From Candidatus Omnitrophota bacterium (lineage in GTDB: Bacteria > Omnitrophota > Gorgyraeia > 2-01-FULL-45-10), in NCBI GenBank assembly GCA_026387175.1, contig JAPLME010000006.1, positions 172,078 to 236,077 on the forward strand: DNA of 64,000 nucleotides, in the 5' to 3' direction. The notes under the pieces were generated by a model. The model was given only the letters and a program-made list of their open reading frames with translations, did not search any database and was not told where the DNA came from. The position numbers and the translations under genes are program-made. This document shows positions 1-10,054 of the stretch, piece by piece (the first letter of the stretch is position 1; each line of letters begins with the position of its first letter).

Positions 1-692
1 ACGAGGCCAATATTCACTATCCGAAAAGTATTCTCCAGTAGCTTCACCATCTCCGCAACCTTAGCGGAAGATACCGGCACTATGGTCTCGAGCGCCTGTT
101 CATACAGTAATTTGGCGATCTCAGTCGAGCTCTTCGAAATGCCGCCGATTATCTTCGGAGTGTTCTTCGTATCATACTTCGCGTTACCCGGATCAACGCG
201 CTCGGGCGAGAAAGCAAGATAAAAATCCTTCCCTTCCTTAAGGCCGTCCTCCTCCAGTATCGGAAGCATCACCTCTTCGGTGGTGCCAGGATACGTCGTC
301 GATTCCAGCACGATTATCTGGCCGCGCTTCATATAACGTTTGATATTCTTTACGGACGCGACTATATATGAGACATCCGGCTCCCTGGTTTTGTATAACG
401 GCGTCGGGACGCATATGATGACCGCGTCCAGCTCCTTTATCACGCTGAAATCCGTTGTGACTTCCAGCGACCTGTCACGTGTAACCATCATAAGTTCGGA
501 CTTGGAGACATCAAGTATGTAACTCTCGCCCTTCCTTATCTTTTCCACTCTATCTTTATCGATATCGATACCGTGCACCTTGAACCCTGCTTTCGCGAAC
601 GTAACCGAGAGCGGCAAGCCCACGTAGCCCAGGCCTATTACCCCTATATTCGCCTTCCTGCTCAATATCCTCTTCCTCAATTCATTTAGCAT
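1..692 (-). CDS. Nucleotide-sugar dehydrogenase (UDP-glucose/GDP-mannose dehydrogenase family, UDP-ManNAc/GlcNAc dehydrogenase-like). The N-terminal part is in the window; the 3' end runs off the edge.
   Basis: Translation begins MLNELRKRILSRKANIGVIGLGYVGLPLSVTFA, a Rossmann GxGxxG N-terminus, followed by the central KLLENTFR-type region typical of this family. ATG at 692 is preceded by a purine-rich RBS. Confidence 0.8.
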   Translation of the reverse strand, partial: MLNELRKRILSRKANIGVIGLGYVGLPLSVTFAKAGFKVHGIDIDKDRVEKIRKGESYILDVSKSELMMVTRDRSLEVTTDFSVIKELDAVIICVPTPLYKTREPDVSYIVASVKNIKRYMKRGQIIVLESTTYPGTTEEVMLPILEEDGLKEGKDFYLAFSPERVDPGNAKYDTKNTPKIIGGISKSSTEIAKLLYEQALETIVPVSSAKVAEMVKLLENTFRIVNIGL

Positions 693-702
693 ATAACCCC
701 TT

Positions 703-1665
703 TTAGATTGCTTCGGGCCTTCGGCCCTCGCAATGACATTTCGATAAATATTCTTTCAGCGCTATCTTCCAATCAGGCATCCTGTAGCCTGTAAATTTAC
801 TGAATTTCGAATTGTCCATGACCGACATCGCGGGCCTCCTGGCCGGACGGGCCAGTTCTTCCGACGTAATCGGCAGGACTTCAGTTTTTGACTTCACCAG
901 CCTCAGTATCTCTCTGGCGTAATTATACCATGAGACACTGCCGGAATTGGAAAGATGGTATGCGCCGCGGCATGCCATCGATAATTTATCGCCCATTGTC
1001 AATTTATCCAGGAGATGATGAATCGCCCTCGCCAGACTCTTCGTACTCGTCGGGGAACCAACTTGGTCCCGAACGACCCTTAAACACTTTTCGGTCTTTC
1101 CCTTGGCGATAATCGTATCTACGAAATTCTTGCCGCAAGCACCGTAAAGCCAGCTCGTTCGCAGTATATAGTGATTGTTAAGAGCCTTCTTTACAAAGCT
1201 CTCGCCCTTAAGCTTCGAATCACCGTAGACGCTCAAAGGGTCCGTCCTGTCCGTCTCCTTATACGGCCTTCTCTTTTTTCCATTGAAGACGAAATCGGTG
1301 CTGATATAGATGAGGGCCGCCCCTGAGGCCTTGCAGCCGAGCGCGACATTTCTGGCGCCTTCCGAATTGACTTTATAAGCCTTTTTGCTATCGAGCTCGC
1401 AACCGTCAACATCCGTCCAGGCGGCACAGTGTATCACAAAATCCGGCGAGACCTTTTGGATTATGGCGGCGACGCCTTTCCTGTCTGTAATATCTCCTTT
1501 AACATAGAGCAGGTTAAAACCTGCCCTACTATTTTGGGTTTTGGGCTTCAGACGCCGAGACAGGTCCAGTCCGATAACATCATAGCCCGAATTAAGTTCC
1601 TGGCAAAGATCGATCCCAAGCATGCCGCTTGAGCCCGTGATTAATACTTTATATCTTTTCGACAT
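703..1665 (-). CDS. rmlD: dTDP-4-dehydrorhamnose reductase
   Basis: 320 aa, begins MSKRYKVLITGSSGMLG. Length and motifs fit the RmlD/RfbD short-chain reductase family. It sits in an rml cluster. Confidence 0.85.
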   Translation of the reverse strand: MSKRYKVLITGSSGMLGIDLCQELNSGYDVIGLDLSRRLKPKTQNSRAGFNLLYVKGDITDRKGVAAIIQKVSPDFVIHCAAWTDVDGCELDSKKAYKVNSEGARNVALGCKASGAALIYISTDFVFNGKKRRPYKETDRTDPLSVYGDSKLKGESFVKKALNNHYILRTSWLYGACGKNFVDTIIAKGKTEKCLRVVRDQVGSPTSTKSLARAIHHLLDKLTMGDKLSMACRGAYHLSNSGSVSWYNYAREILRLVKSKTEVLPITSEELARPARRPAMSVMDNSKFSKFTGYRMPDWKIALKEYLSKCHCEGRRPEAI

Positions 1666-2621
1666 TTAGCCAGCCTGTGCCACCAGGCCTCGTTATCTTT
1701 ATACCACCCGACGGTTAATTCGAGCGCAGTCTTAAATTCATGACGCGGTTTCCAGCCAAGCGCCTTAAGCTTGGACACATCGAGAGCGTATCGCTTATCA
1801 TGGCCCGGCCTGTCCTTCACAAACTCTATATAGCTTTCATCTCTACCCAGGACATCCAGCAGCATCCGTGTAAGCTCCAGATTGGTAGTTTCGCCGCCGA
1901 TACCTATATTGTAAATTTCGCCTATCTTACCTTTATGCAGCACCAAGTCGATCGCTTCGCAGTTATCGACAACGTAGAGCCAATCTCTCTTATTCATCCC
2001 GTCGGCATAAAGCGGGACTTTCTTCCCGGCCGTCAGATTCGTAATGAATAACGGGATGACCTTCTCGGGATACTGGTATGGCCCGAAATTATTTGAGCTT
2101 CGGGTTATTATCACAGGCAGTTTAAACGTAACGAAATAAGACCTCGCTAAGAGGTCGGCGGCGGCCTTGGTGGCGGAGTACGGGCTATTGGGTTCCAACG
2201 GATCATCTTCTCCGGACGATCCGCTCTCGACGCTGCCGTAGACTTCATCCGTTGATATTTGACAAAATAGCTCTACGCCTGCCTTCTTCGCGGCCTCCAG
2301 GAGCGTATAAGTTCCGAAGACATTGGTTGTGACGAATACACCAGGATCCATGATGGACCTGTCGACATGGCTCTCGGCGGCAAAGTTGATGATAATGTCG
2401 GACTCTCCGGCAAGTTTCTCGACGAGCGCCTTATCGGTGATATCGCCTTTTATAAACTTATAATTCTTGTGCTTTTCTATATCTTTCAGGTTCTCGAGGT
2501 TGCCGCAGTATGTAAGCTTGTCCAGGTTCACGATCCGGTAATCCGGATACTTACTGATCATATACCTGATAAAATTGGAGCCTATGAATCCCGCGCCCCC
2601 TGTTACAAGCAACCTCTTCAT
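1641..2621 (-). CDS. rmlB: dTDP-glucose 4,6-dehydratase
   Basis: 326 aa, begins MKRLLVTGGAGFIGSNF, with a YxxxK catalytic region (SPYSATKAA). This is the canonical RmlB. Confidence 0.9.
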   Translation of the reverse strand: MKRLLVTGGAGFIGSNFIRYMISKYPDYRIVNLDKLTYCGNLENLKDIEKHKNYKFIKGDITDKALVEKLAGESDIIINFAAESHVDRSIMDPGVFVTTNVFGTYTLLEAAKKAGVELFCQISTDEVYGSVESGSSGEDDPLEPNSPYSATKAAADLLARSYFVTFKLPVIITRSSNNFGPYQYPEKVIPLFITNLTAGKKVPLYADGMNKRDWLYVVDNCEAIDLVLHKGKIGEIYNIGIGGETTNLELTRMLLDVLGRDESYIEFVKDRPGHDKRYALDVSKLKALGWKPRHEFKTALELTVGWYKDNEAWWHRLAKCRKDIKY

Positions 2622-2622
2622 A

Positions 2623-3363
2623 TTATAAAACGCATTTCTTCGCGGACGCCTTCGCCACGAGGTTATTGGCCCTTAACAGCGAATCGAAGGTTCCCGCATC
2701 CGTCCACCAGCCGTCAAGGATGCTGTGTTCGAGTTCGCCTCTCTTAAGGTAAGCATTATTGACATCCGTTATCTCAAGCTCGCCCCTGCGGGACGGCTTA
2801 AGTGTCTTTACTATATCGAAGACCCGCTCGTCGTACATATAGATGCCCGTGACCGCGTAGTTCGATTTCGGTTTCCTCGGCTTCTCCACGATCGACGTTA
2901 TCTTACCGCCCTTAAAACCTACCACGCCGAACCTATGGGGATCGCTGACCTTCTTTAAGAGTATCCTCGCGCCCCTCGGCTGTTTCCTGAATTCATCTAC
3001 CTGCTTCCTTATGCCCTTTTCTATGATATTGTCTCCAAGAATAACAACTATCTTGTCATTATCGGCAAAATGTTTTGCCAGCCCGAGGGCCTGCGCGATC
3101 CCTCCCTCACCTTCCTGATATGTATAATTAATATGCGTAAGCCCGAACTTCGCTCCGTTACCGAGAAGGCGAAGGAACTCTCCCGCGTGCGTGCCCCCGG
3201 TGACGATCAGTATATCCGTTATGCCGGCATCCACCAGCGTCTGGATCGGATAATATATCATCGGCTTGCAATAGATCGGCAATAAATGTTTGTTCGTAAT
3301 TTTTGTCAATGGGGCAAGCCTGCTGCCAAGCCCGCCGGCCAGTATCACACCTTTCAATCCCAT
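2623..3363 (-). CDS. rmlA: Glucose-1-phosphate thymidylyltransferase (short form)
   Basis: 246 aa, begins MGLKGVILAGGLGSRLAPLT, the nucleotidyltransferase G-loop. It lies adjacent to rmlB and rmlC. Confidence 0.85.
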   Translation of the reverse strand: MGLKGVILAGGLGSRLAPLTKITNKHLLPIYCKPMIYYPIQTLVDAGITDILIVTGGTHAGEFLRLLGNGAKFGLTHINYTYQEGEGGIAQALGLAKHFADNDKIVVILGDNIIEKGIRKQVDEFRKQPRGARILLKKVSDPHRFGVVGFKGGKITSIVEKPRKPKSNYAVTGIYMYDERVFDIVKTLKPSRRGELEITDVNNAYLKRGELEHSILDGWWTDAGTFDSLLRANNLVAKASAKKCVL

Positions 3364-3366
3364 TGT

Positions 3367-3813
3367 CTATTTCCTCCAGTCATAAGGTATATCATTATCA
3401 TAAGCGTCCATCCTGTATTCATCGGCTTCTTTATGGTTATATGGTATCGTAACATTGTTTATAACAACAGCCTCGATATCGCTTATGCATTTAAATCCAT
3501 GATAAACTTCCTTGGGTATATGGACGAGCATCGGATTTTCGAGGCTGATCTCAAAATCATTTACTTCGCCGAATGTCGGGGAACCTTTTCTGGCGTCATA
3601 GAGCGCGAGGCGCATCTTGCCTGAAATACACGTGAAATTATCGTCCTGCTTCTTATGGAAGTGCCACGCCTTCACCACTCCGGGGAACGCGGTAGTCATA
3701 TAGACCTGCCCGAACTTCTCGAAGATCGGATCATCGCATCTCAATATTTCCATCAGCCGTCCGCGGTCGTCCGGTATAACTTTGAGTTTTTTGACTTTCA
3801 CGCCGTCTATCAT
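3367..3813 (-). CDS. rmlC: dTDP-4-dehydrorhamnose 3,5-epimerase (cupin). The start is moved to the internal Met (MIDGVKV), because the track ORF 3367..3873 would overlap ugd.
   Basis: RmlC-like sequence (HFHKKQDDNFTCISGKMRLALYD...YHGF). The stop of the upstream ugd is at 3815, so a start at 3813 leaves a 1-nt gap. Confidence 0.8.
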   Translation of the reverse strand: MIDGVKVKKLKVIPDDRGRLMEILRCDDPIFEKFGQVYMTTAFPGVVKAWHFHKKQDDNFTCISGKMRLALYDARKGSPTFGEVNDFEISLENPMLVHIPKEVYHGFKCISDIEAVVINNVTIPYNHKEADEYRMDAYDNDIPYDWRK

Positions 3814-3814
3814 A

Positions 3815-5110
3815 CTACCTTCTCCCCATCCCGGCATACGTAAAGCCAAGCTTACGGACCTCGGCCGGCTCATAGATATTTCTGCCGTCGACTATGACGC
3901 TCTGTCTCATCAGCCTCTTCACCTTCTTCAGGTCGAGCTCCTTAAACTCGCTCCACTCGGTCGCTATCACCAGGCAATCGCTGCCTTTCGCGGCGTCGTA
4001 GGCGTCTCTGCAGAATTTTACGCGGCTTCCCAATATCAGCCTGGCCTTTATCATCGAGATCGGGTCGTACACCTTCACTTTTACGCTTTGCCTGAGCAGC
4101 ATCTCGATGATATAGATGGCCGGCGCATAACGCAGGTCGTCAGTATCAGGTTTGAACGACAGGCCGAGCACGCTCACCGTCTTGCCGGGAAGGTTCCATA
4201 TAATATTCTCTATCTTCTTCATCAGCGCCGATCTTTGGCCCTCATTTATCTTCTCAACCTCTTTCAGTAAACCAAAGTCGTAGCCGGCTTTTTCCGATAT
4301 CCTGATGAAGGCGGAAAGGTCCTTAGGAAAACAGAACCCGCCGAAACCGAGGCCGGCGTTCAGGAATTTCTCTCCTATCCTCTTGTCGAGGCCGATGCCC
4401 TTTGCCACCTCGACGACATCGGCGTTAAGCATATCGCAGACGTTGGCTATAGCGTTTATAAAGGATATCTTCATCGCGAGGAACGAATTGGCGGCATGCT
4501 TTATTATTTCCGCCGACTTTATATCGGTAACGACTATCGGCGCTTTCAGGGGCTTATAAAGCGAGCTCAATATATCCGCGGCCTTCCTGGATTTTACACC
4601 CAGGACTATACGGTCGGGATTCATGAAATCTTTTATCGCGGTTCCCTCTCTCAGGAATTCGGGATTGGACGCGACATCGAACTTTATGCCGCGTTTATTA
4701 AATACCCTGATCGTGCGCTCTACCCATTCGCCGGTATTTACCGGGACGGTTGACTTCTCCACGACAAGTTTATAAGATTGCATCGAGAGGGCTATTTCTT
4801 TAGAGACATGCTCGACGGCTGTAAGGTCCGCCTCTCCGTTATCTTTAGGGGGAGTGCCAACCGCTATGAATATTACCTCTGAGGCCTTTACCGCGGATCT
4901 TATATCGGTAGTGAAGGATAACCGGAGCTGCTTGACATTGCGTTTAACGAGTTCGGAGAGGCCGGGCTCATAGATGGGCATCACGCCGGCCTTAAGCTTT
5001 TTTATCTTGGCCTGGTCATTGTCTACGCATATGACATTATTACCGAGTTCAGCGAAACATGCGCCTGTAACTAGCCCTACATATCCTGATCCTATTATGG
5101 AGATATTCAT
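3815..5110 (-). CDS. ugd: UDP-glucose 6-dehydrogenase
   Basis: 431 aa, begins MNISIIGSGYVGLVTGACFAELGNNV, with a catalytic GFGGFCFPKD motif. Confidence 0.9.
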   Translation of the reverse strand: MNISIIGSGYVGLVTGACFAELGNNVICVDNDQAKIKKLKAGVMPIYEPGLSELVKRNVKQLRLSFTTDIRSAVKASEVIFIAVGTPPKDNGEADLTAVEHVSKEIALSMQSYKLVVEKSTVPVNTGEWVERTIRVFNKRGIKFDVASNPEFLREGTAIKDFMNPDRIVLGVKSRKAADILSSLYKPLKAPIVVTDIKSAEIIKHAANSFLAMKISFINAIANVCDMLNADVVEVAKGIGLDKRIGEKFLNAGLGFGGFCFPKDLSAFIRISEKAGYDFGLLKEVEKINEGQRSALMKKIENIIWNLPGKTVSVLGLSFKPDTDDLRYAPAIYIIEMLLRQSVKVKVYDPISMIKARLILGSRVKFCRDAYDAAKGSDCLVIATEWSEFKELDLKKVKRLMRQSVIVDGRNIYEPAEVRKLGFTYAGMGRR

Positions 5111-5163
5111 ATATTACTGAAATTATATCATAATAGTATTATATGTCTCAACTATTAATTGGA

Positions 5164-7317
5164 TTACGGGGCGCCCGCGGAGCCAAAGCGCGGCTGTGAA
5201 TAGGTCTGCTTAAACCCTATAGGATAGGTCGGGAAGGCCTTCAGCGTCATCGTTATCCAGAAGGTATGATTATTCTGATCCCTGATATCATAGGTAAATT
5301 CGAGTATCCAACAGTGCAGGTCCCTTGAGATAGTGTACTGCTGCTGTTCGAATTTATTTGAGGCCAGGTCGAATCTTTCGTACATCCGAAGCTTCCACTT
5401 TTCATTTATCTTATATCTTCCGTCCATCGTGACCTGGTAACTCTTGCCGCTGGGCAGGTCATAATACCTCTGCCCTGCGGAGAGCGCCCACTTATCTCCG
5501 CCGTTCAAAACGAAGTCAACGTTAGCGGTCTCGACCAGACATGTCTTGGTATTGACATGCCAGTCGGAATTGAGATACAGCCAGCTGTAAGGGATCAGTT
5601 CCAATTTAAAATCTACGCCGTTGAATTTGTTATTCTTAAGTTCGACCGATCTCTTTTCCAGCCTGAAAAGATAATCGGTGCTGACTATAAATCTCAGAAG
5701 GTCCACCGATGCCATCTGGTCTCCGCTCTTTCTCTTGGTCTGCAGCTTATTCTCGAGCGATAATACCACATGGTTCTCGGTATCAAGCGCGTCGATCCCG
5801 TCATATTGGGTCAGGTTTTCCGGAGCTATCGTGGGCTGATGCACATGGACATAACTGGCAGACGGCGTGATAACATGCCTCAATTTATTTATGTCAAGGC
5901 CCATATAATTGGTATTGACGTCATATAACTTATAAAACTTCGTCGAGGCATCGACGCCTTCCCTGAAGAGCGTCCTGACTTCGTTGGTATCTCCCCAGGC
6001 GTTTCTGGAATAATATGTCTCACGTATCCCCGCGAACGGCGATATGCTTACAGACTTAAAGAATCTTGCGGCATAAGCGATCTGGTTATATGTGTCGAAT
6101 CTTACGGCATTTATGTCTTTCGGCGTAGTGGTCGACTTCGCGAAAGTCTCGTTTAAATACACTCCGCTCGCGTTACCTGAATAGTAAAAAGACGTATTGC
6201 CTATCTTGTAGTTCAATACATTGATATTATATTCCGGCAGGCGCTCGACCACGGTATAGAAATTATTGAAGCGTTTCCTTATTAAAAACTCGGTGGTGTA
6301 ATCCTGTTTTGTCGTAATCAGCGATAGATAGGAATCGGGAGTGGCGCCAAGCTCTTCATACTCGGTATAGAAATAGTCCCTGATGACATTGGGATCGCTG
6401 AGGTAATGAAATTCCATAATAGCGGTGGTATCGGCATCCTTGATATCCCACCTGTGCCTGTATTGATAACGGTACCGCGTATCGACCTCGCCCGTCTTCT
6501 CGAACGCGAGATTATTATTTTCCTGGGTATAATAGGCTTTGAACGCCCCCTTACCGACATCGGTATCCATGTAGTGATTAACGCCGGCGGCCAATCCCAG
6601 TTTGGACCTGTAGTCCAGCAGGACATCGCCGCGGAACTTATCGTCGAGATAATATCTGTAGGCCGTTAAAGCATAATACCCCCAGTCCTTGCTCCGGCCG
6701 GGGATCACGGTGATATGGCTCTTCCTGGTATGCTCGTCCAACGGCTGAACGTAATACGGCAGGCAAAATACCGGAGTATCTCCGATCAGGAATACCACGT
6801 TATTCGCGACGACCTTATCCCCTAGATATATTTTGATCCTCTCTGCCTTAATACGGTAGTGCGGCCTGTCGAGGTCGCAGGTCGTTATGCTTCCGTTATT
6901 TAAGCCGAATTCGTCCTTCCCTGCCTCTTTGGTCAGATTTTCCGCCCTGCCGTAGAAAGGCCTGGCGTTGACATAACCGTAATCGATAACTGCCGAACGT
7001 TTCTCGAAATTGTAATCGATCTTATCGCCGATGAAATAAGCGCCCTTCTGGGTTATATTGACATTCCCCTCCGCTTCGGCATCATGGGTTTCCAGATTTA
7101 CCGCTACCTTATCGCAGGTAAGGACTATATCTTTATAGGTTATAGAGATGTTGCCGTTGCCTACGACCTTCTTCTCGTTCTGCAGATACTCCACATGGTC
7201 GCCGTTTACAACGATCGGTTCTTTAGTCGGAAGGCCTTCGGCATATGAGCTTTTAGCGAATAATATAAAGCAGGCGAGAGAGATTGAGATACAGGCGGTA
7301 TATCTAAATAATTTCAT
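5164..7317 (-). CDS. lptD: LPS-assembly protein LptD (OstA family)
   Basis: 717 aa with a signal peptide and an N-terminal OstA/LptA-like domain, followed by a large Tyr/Gly-rich C-terminal beta-barrel region. Confidence 0.75.
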   Translation of the reverse strand: MKLFRYTACISISLACFILFAKSSYAEGLPTKEPIVVNGDHVEYLQNEKKVVGNGNISITYKDIVLTCDKVAVNLETHDAEAEGNVNITQKGAYFIGDKIDYNFEKRSAVIDYGYVNARPFYGRAENLTKEAGKDEFGLNNGSITTCDLDRPHYRIKAERIKIYLGDKVVANNVVFLIGDTPVFCLPYYVQPLDEHTRKSHITVIPGRSKDWGYYALTAYRYYLDDKFRGDVLLDYRSKLGLAAGVNHYMDTDVGKGAFKAYYTQENNNLAFEKTGEVDTRYRYQYRHRWDIKDADTTAIMEFHYLSDPNVIRDYFYTEYEELGATPDSYLSLITTKQDYTTEFLIRKRFNNFYTVVERLPEYNINVLNYKIGNTSFYYSGNASGVYLNETFAKSTTTPKDINAVRFDTYNQIAYAARFFKSVSISPFAGIRETYYSRNAWGDTNEVRTLFREGVDASTKFYKLYDVNTNYMGLDINKLRHVITPSASYVHVHQPTIAPENLTQYDGIDALDTENHVVLSLENKLQTKRKSGDQMASVDLLRFIVSTDYLFRLEKRSVELKNNKFNGVDFKLELIPYSWLYLNSDWHVNTKTCLVETANVDFVLNGGDKWALSAGQRYYDLPSGKSYQVTMDGRYKINEKWKLRMYERFDLASNKFEQQQYTISRDLHCWILEFTYDIRDQNNHTFWITMTLKAFPTYPIGFKQTYSQPRFGSAGAP

Positions 7318-7331
7318 AATCAGTCATTATA

Positions 7332-8615
7332 CTATCTTTTATATTCACACACAACATTTTTACCTGAATTTTTTGCTTTGTAAAGCGCCTGGTCCGCCTT
7401 ATCTATTATATCGTTCAGCTCGGAGGCGTCAGCGGGGTATATGGCAAGGCCCACGCTTATCGTCAGTTTTAGCTTTTCATCGTACGCTTTAAAAACCCTG
7501 TCTTCCACTTTTTTTCGCAACCTCTCGGCCACCTGGCGAGCGCTGTTGATCCCGGTTTCGGGCAGGGCTATCACGAACTCCTCTCCTCCGTAACGCCCCA
7601 CTATATCTATTTCCCTGACGCTCTCTTTTATTATACGGGCTATATCTTTTATGACCACATCGCCCACCATATGCCCGTAGGTATCGTTGCACTTTTTAAA
7701 ATCATCTATATCCACCATTATGAACGCGAACTCAAAACTATATTTCTTTGAGCGCTGCAGCTCTTCGTCGAGCCTTTCATAGAAATACCGCCTGACGTAA
7801 AGGCCCGTAAGGGAATCGGTGACGGCCAGTTTTTCGACAGTCTCATATAGCAGCACTTTCTTGATCTCCAGCGCGAATTGCATCGCAAGTATAACGAACC
7901 GCTCCAGGTCTTCCTTCGGAAGATTTTCCACCGCAAGCATACCCACCATCTTGCGCTCGCTCAAGAGAGGCAGCACGACGAACGTTTCTACGGCGCCGTC
8001 TTTCACTCCTAGCTCCTCAAGGGCGGAAATATTTTCTTTTCTTGTGAGCCACACATCCTTGAATCCGCCCGTAAATAATTCTATCAATTTTTCGCCTTTT
8101 ATAGCGGGGACTTGAACGCCGCCGGCAGGTTCTTCATGCCATACGCTGTAGGCCCTGCCGATACGAAGGTTCTCATCTACGCGATCGAGCAGCAAGAGAT
8201 CGCATTTTCTGAACATGAAGTTACCTTTTAGAAACAGGCTGAAGACATGAAACATATCCTCAAACTTCAGGTTCTCGGACATCTTCTTAGTTATCTCATA
8301 AAGGTTGACTATCTCGGCCTCTTTAGCTTTGATGCCGCTCTCGAACCTCACCGCATGGTCGCGTTCCTCGGAAAGCCTGCGTTTGTCGTCGTCGATTTTA
8401 TTAAGCGCCTGATGCCGCAAAAGCCTTTCATCTTTAGCTATGTTTTTGTACCAGAGGTAAGAGGCCATGAGCAGATTAAACAGTACGACAGGGGCCAAAG
8501 CACCCGCCGGGGGCACTTTACATATAAATACCAGAGCAGGATACGCTATCAGCCAGGAGGCCGATATCAGAGAATATATAATGAAAACGGTATGCGGAGA
8601 CTTTAACCGGAACAA
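7332..8615 (-). CDS. Membrane-anchored diguanylate cyclase (GGDEF domain, GGEEF active site)
   Basis: N-terminal TM helices and a coiled coil, then C-terminal DSLTGLYVRRYF...RYGGEEFVIALP. Confidence 0.8.
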   Translation of the reverse strand: MFRLKSPHTVFIIYSLISASWLIAYPALVFICKVPPAGALAPVVLFNLLMASYLWYKNIAKDERLLRHQALNKIDDDKRRLSEERDHAVRFESGIKAKEAEIVNLYEITKKMSENLKFEDMFHVFSLFLKGNFMFRKCDLLLLDRVDENLRIGRAYSVWHEEPAGGVQVPAIKGEKLIELFTGGFKDVWLTRKENISALEELGVKDGAVETFVVLPLLSERKMVGMLAVENLPKEDLERFVILAMQFALEIKKVLLYETVEKLAVTDSLTGLYVRRYFYERLDEELQRSKKYSFEFAFIMVDIDDFKKCNDTYGHMVGDVVIKDIARIIKESVREIDIVGRYGGEEFVIALPETGINSARQVAERLRKKVEDRVFKAYDEKLKLTISVGLAIYPADASELNDIIDKADQALYKAKNSGKNVVCEYKR

Positions 8616-10039
8616 ACCTTATCCCTCCCATCCGCCTTCGCTTTATAAAGCCTGGCGTCCGCTATCCTTATAAGCTCTTCTTCGGTAACAGCATCTTCCG
8701 GATATGTCGACACACCTATGGAAACCGTGACATTTGCTTCATGCTCCCTTAATGTAAGAGACCTATCCTTTACCTGCTGCCGGATCTTTTCGGCCTTCAA
8801 GTGCGCTTCTTTTTTACCTTTCCTCCACAGGAGCACAGCTATCTCCTCACCGCCGTAACGGCCCGCGACATCCGGATCATCCAGCAGATCGCTTATAGTA
8901 TTAGCTATAAACTTCAGGACAAGGTCTCCGGAGGAATGCCCATATTTGTCGTTGTAATCCTTAAAGTGGTCTATATCCAGGATAAGCAGGGAAAGCTGCT
9001 CTCTCTTTCTGGACGCCCTTCTCACTTCCCTGTGTAAACTGTCGATAAAGAAACGACGCACCTTCAGGCCCGTAAGGCTGTCCTTTATCGCAAGTTCCTG
9101 GGTTCTCGAATATAATATGGAATTTTGTATGGCCACCGCTCCGAGATTCGCTATGATATCGATAAGCCTCAGGTCGTCCTGAATATACGCGAACTCATGC
9201 GGATTATCCATCCTGAGAACGCCTATCACCTTATTCTCGCTTACGAGCGGGGCCGCTATCAGAGAACGGAAAACACCGCGGGCCCCATCAATGCCTTCGG
9301 CGGGAAAACGAAAGTCCTTAGTAACATCCTCTATTATGAGGGGCTTCCTGTATCTTAAGATCCAATGATCGAAGGCATCCCCTTTCTTCGCTTTTACGAC
9401 CGGATAATTCTTGCCGCTGGACGCTGAAAGCATCAGCTCCTGTCTCTCCTGGTTCACCAGAAATAAGAGCACCCTCCCGCTCTTCCCCAGAGTCTTCAAT
9501 GTCTTCTCTATTATCATTCCGATTATGCTGTCCAAAGAGAGCACCGCGCTCAGGCTCTCGGTGACATTTTTCAGGGCGGAATACCTGATAAGCTTCTCCT
9601 CTATTACCTTTATCCCTTTATTTTTTTCTTTCACTTCGTTTGCCAGGATATTCATCTCTTCTCTGGAGCTTTCCGATCTCAAAACATATAACTGGTCCAG
9701 CCTGTTTCTGGAGCTTGCGAAGAGATAACCTATCCAGGCGGTCGCGAAGAACGTCAAGGCGTAAGCATTGTAACCATGATAGCGCATCCGAAAAGCCAGC
9801 AATAAGACAAATAGGCAGGAAGATATGGTCAGAGAAACCCCGCCCGTCATTCCGAATCCTATCCAGGCGCACAATATGGCGATATTGAAACTGGAGATGG
9901 CGGTAGCGGTCAGGGTTATATGAAGCGGAGAGATATCCAGCGGCCTTGAAGATAATATCCAGCAGAAATAAACTGATATAAAAAATGAGATTACGGATAA
10001 GGCGGAAAAGATCGATCTGGCGCGGGAAGATATCATCAT
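8603..10039 (-). CDS. Membrane-anchored GAF-GGDEF diguanylate cyclase
   Basis: 478 aa with a multi-TM N-terminus, a GAF-like middle region and a C-terminal GGDEF domain (RYGGEEIAVLL). It overlaps the upstream cyclase by 13 nt. Confidence 0.8.
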   Translation of the reverse strand: MMISSRARSIFSALSVISFFISVYFCWILSSRPLDISPLHITLTATAISSFNIAILCAWIGFGMTGGVSLTISSCLFVLLLAFRMRYHGYNAYALTFFATAWIGYLFASSRNRLDQLYVLRSESSREEMNILANEVKEKNKGIKVIEEKLIRYSALKNVTESLSAVLSLDSIIGMIIEKTLKTLGKSGRVLLFLVNQERQELMLSASSGKNYPVVKAKKGDAFDHWILRYRKPLIIEDVTKDFRFPAEGIDGARGVFRSLIAAPLVSENKVIGVLRMDNPHEFAYIQDDLRLIDIIANLGAVAIQNSILYSRTQELAIKDSLTGLKVRRFFIDSLHREVRRASRKREQLSLLILDIDHFKDYNDKYGHSSGDLVLKFIANTISDLLDDPDVAGRYGGEEIAVLLWRKGKKEAHLKAEKIRQQVKDRSLTLREHEANVTVSIGVSTYPEDAVTEEELIRIADARLYKAKADGRDKVCSG

Positions 10040-10054
10040 GCCATTCGGTTTAGA

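Noticed and set aside
3814-3873. An extended N-terminus of rmlC (MSRPRSVSLALRMPGWGEGS...) in the ORF track.
   Set aside because: It would overlap the last ~20 codons of ugd. The conserved RmlC sequence begins at the internal Met (MIDGVKV), 1 nt after the ugd stop.
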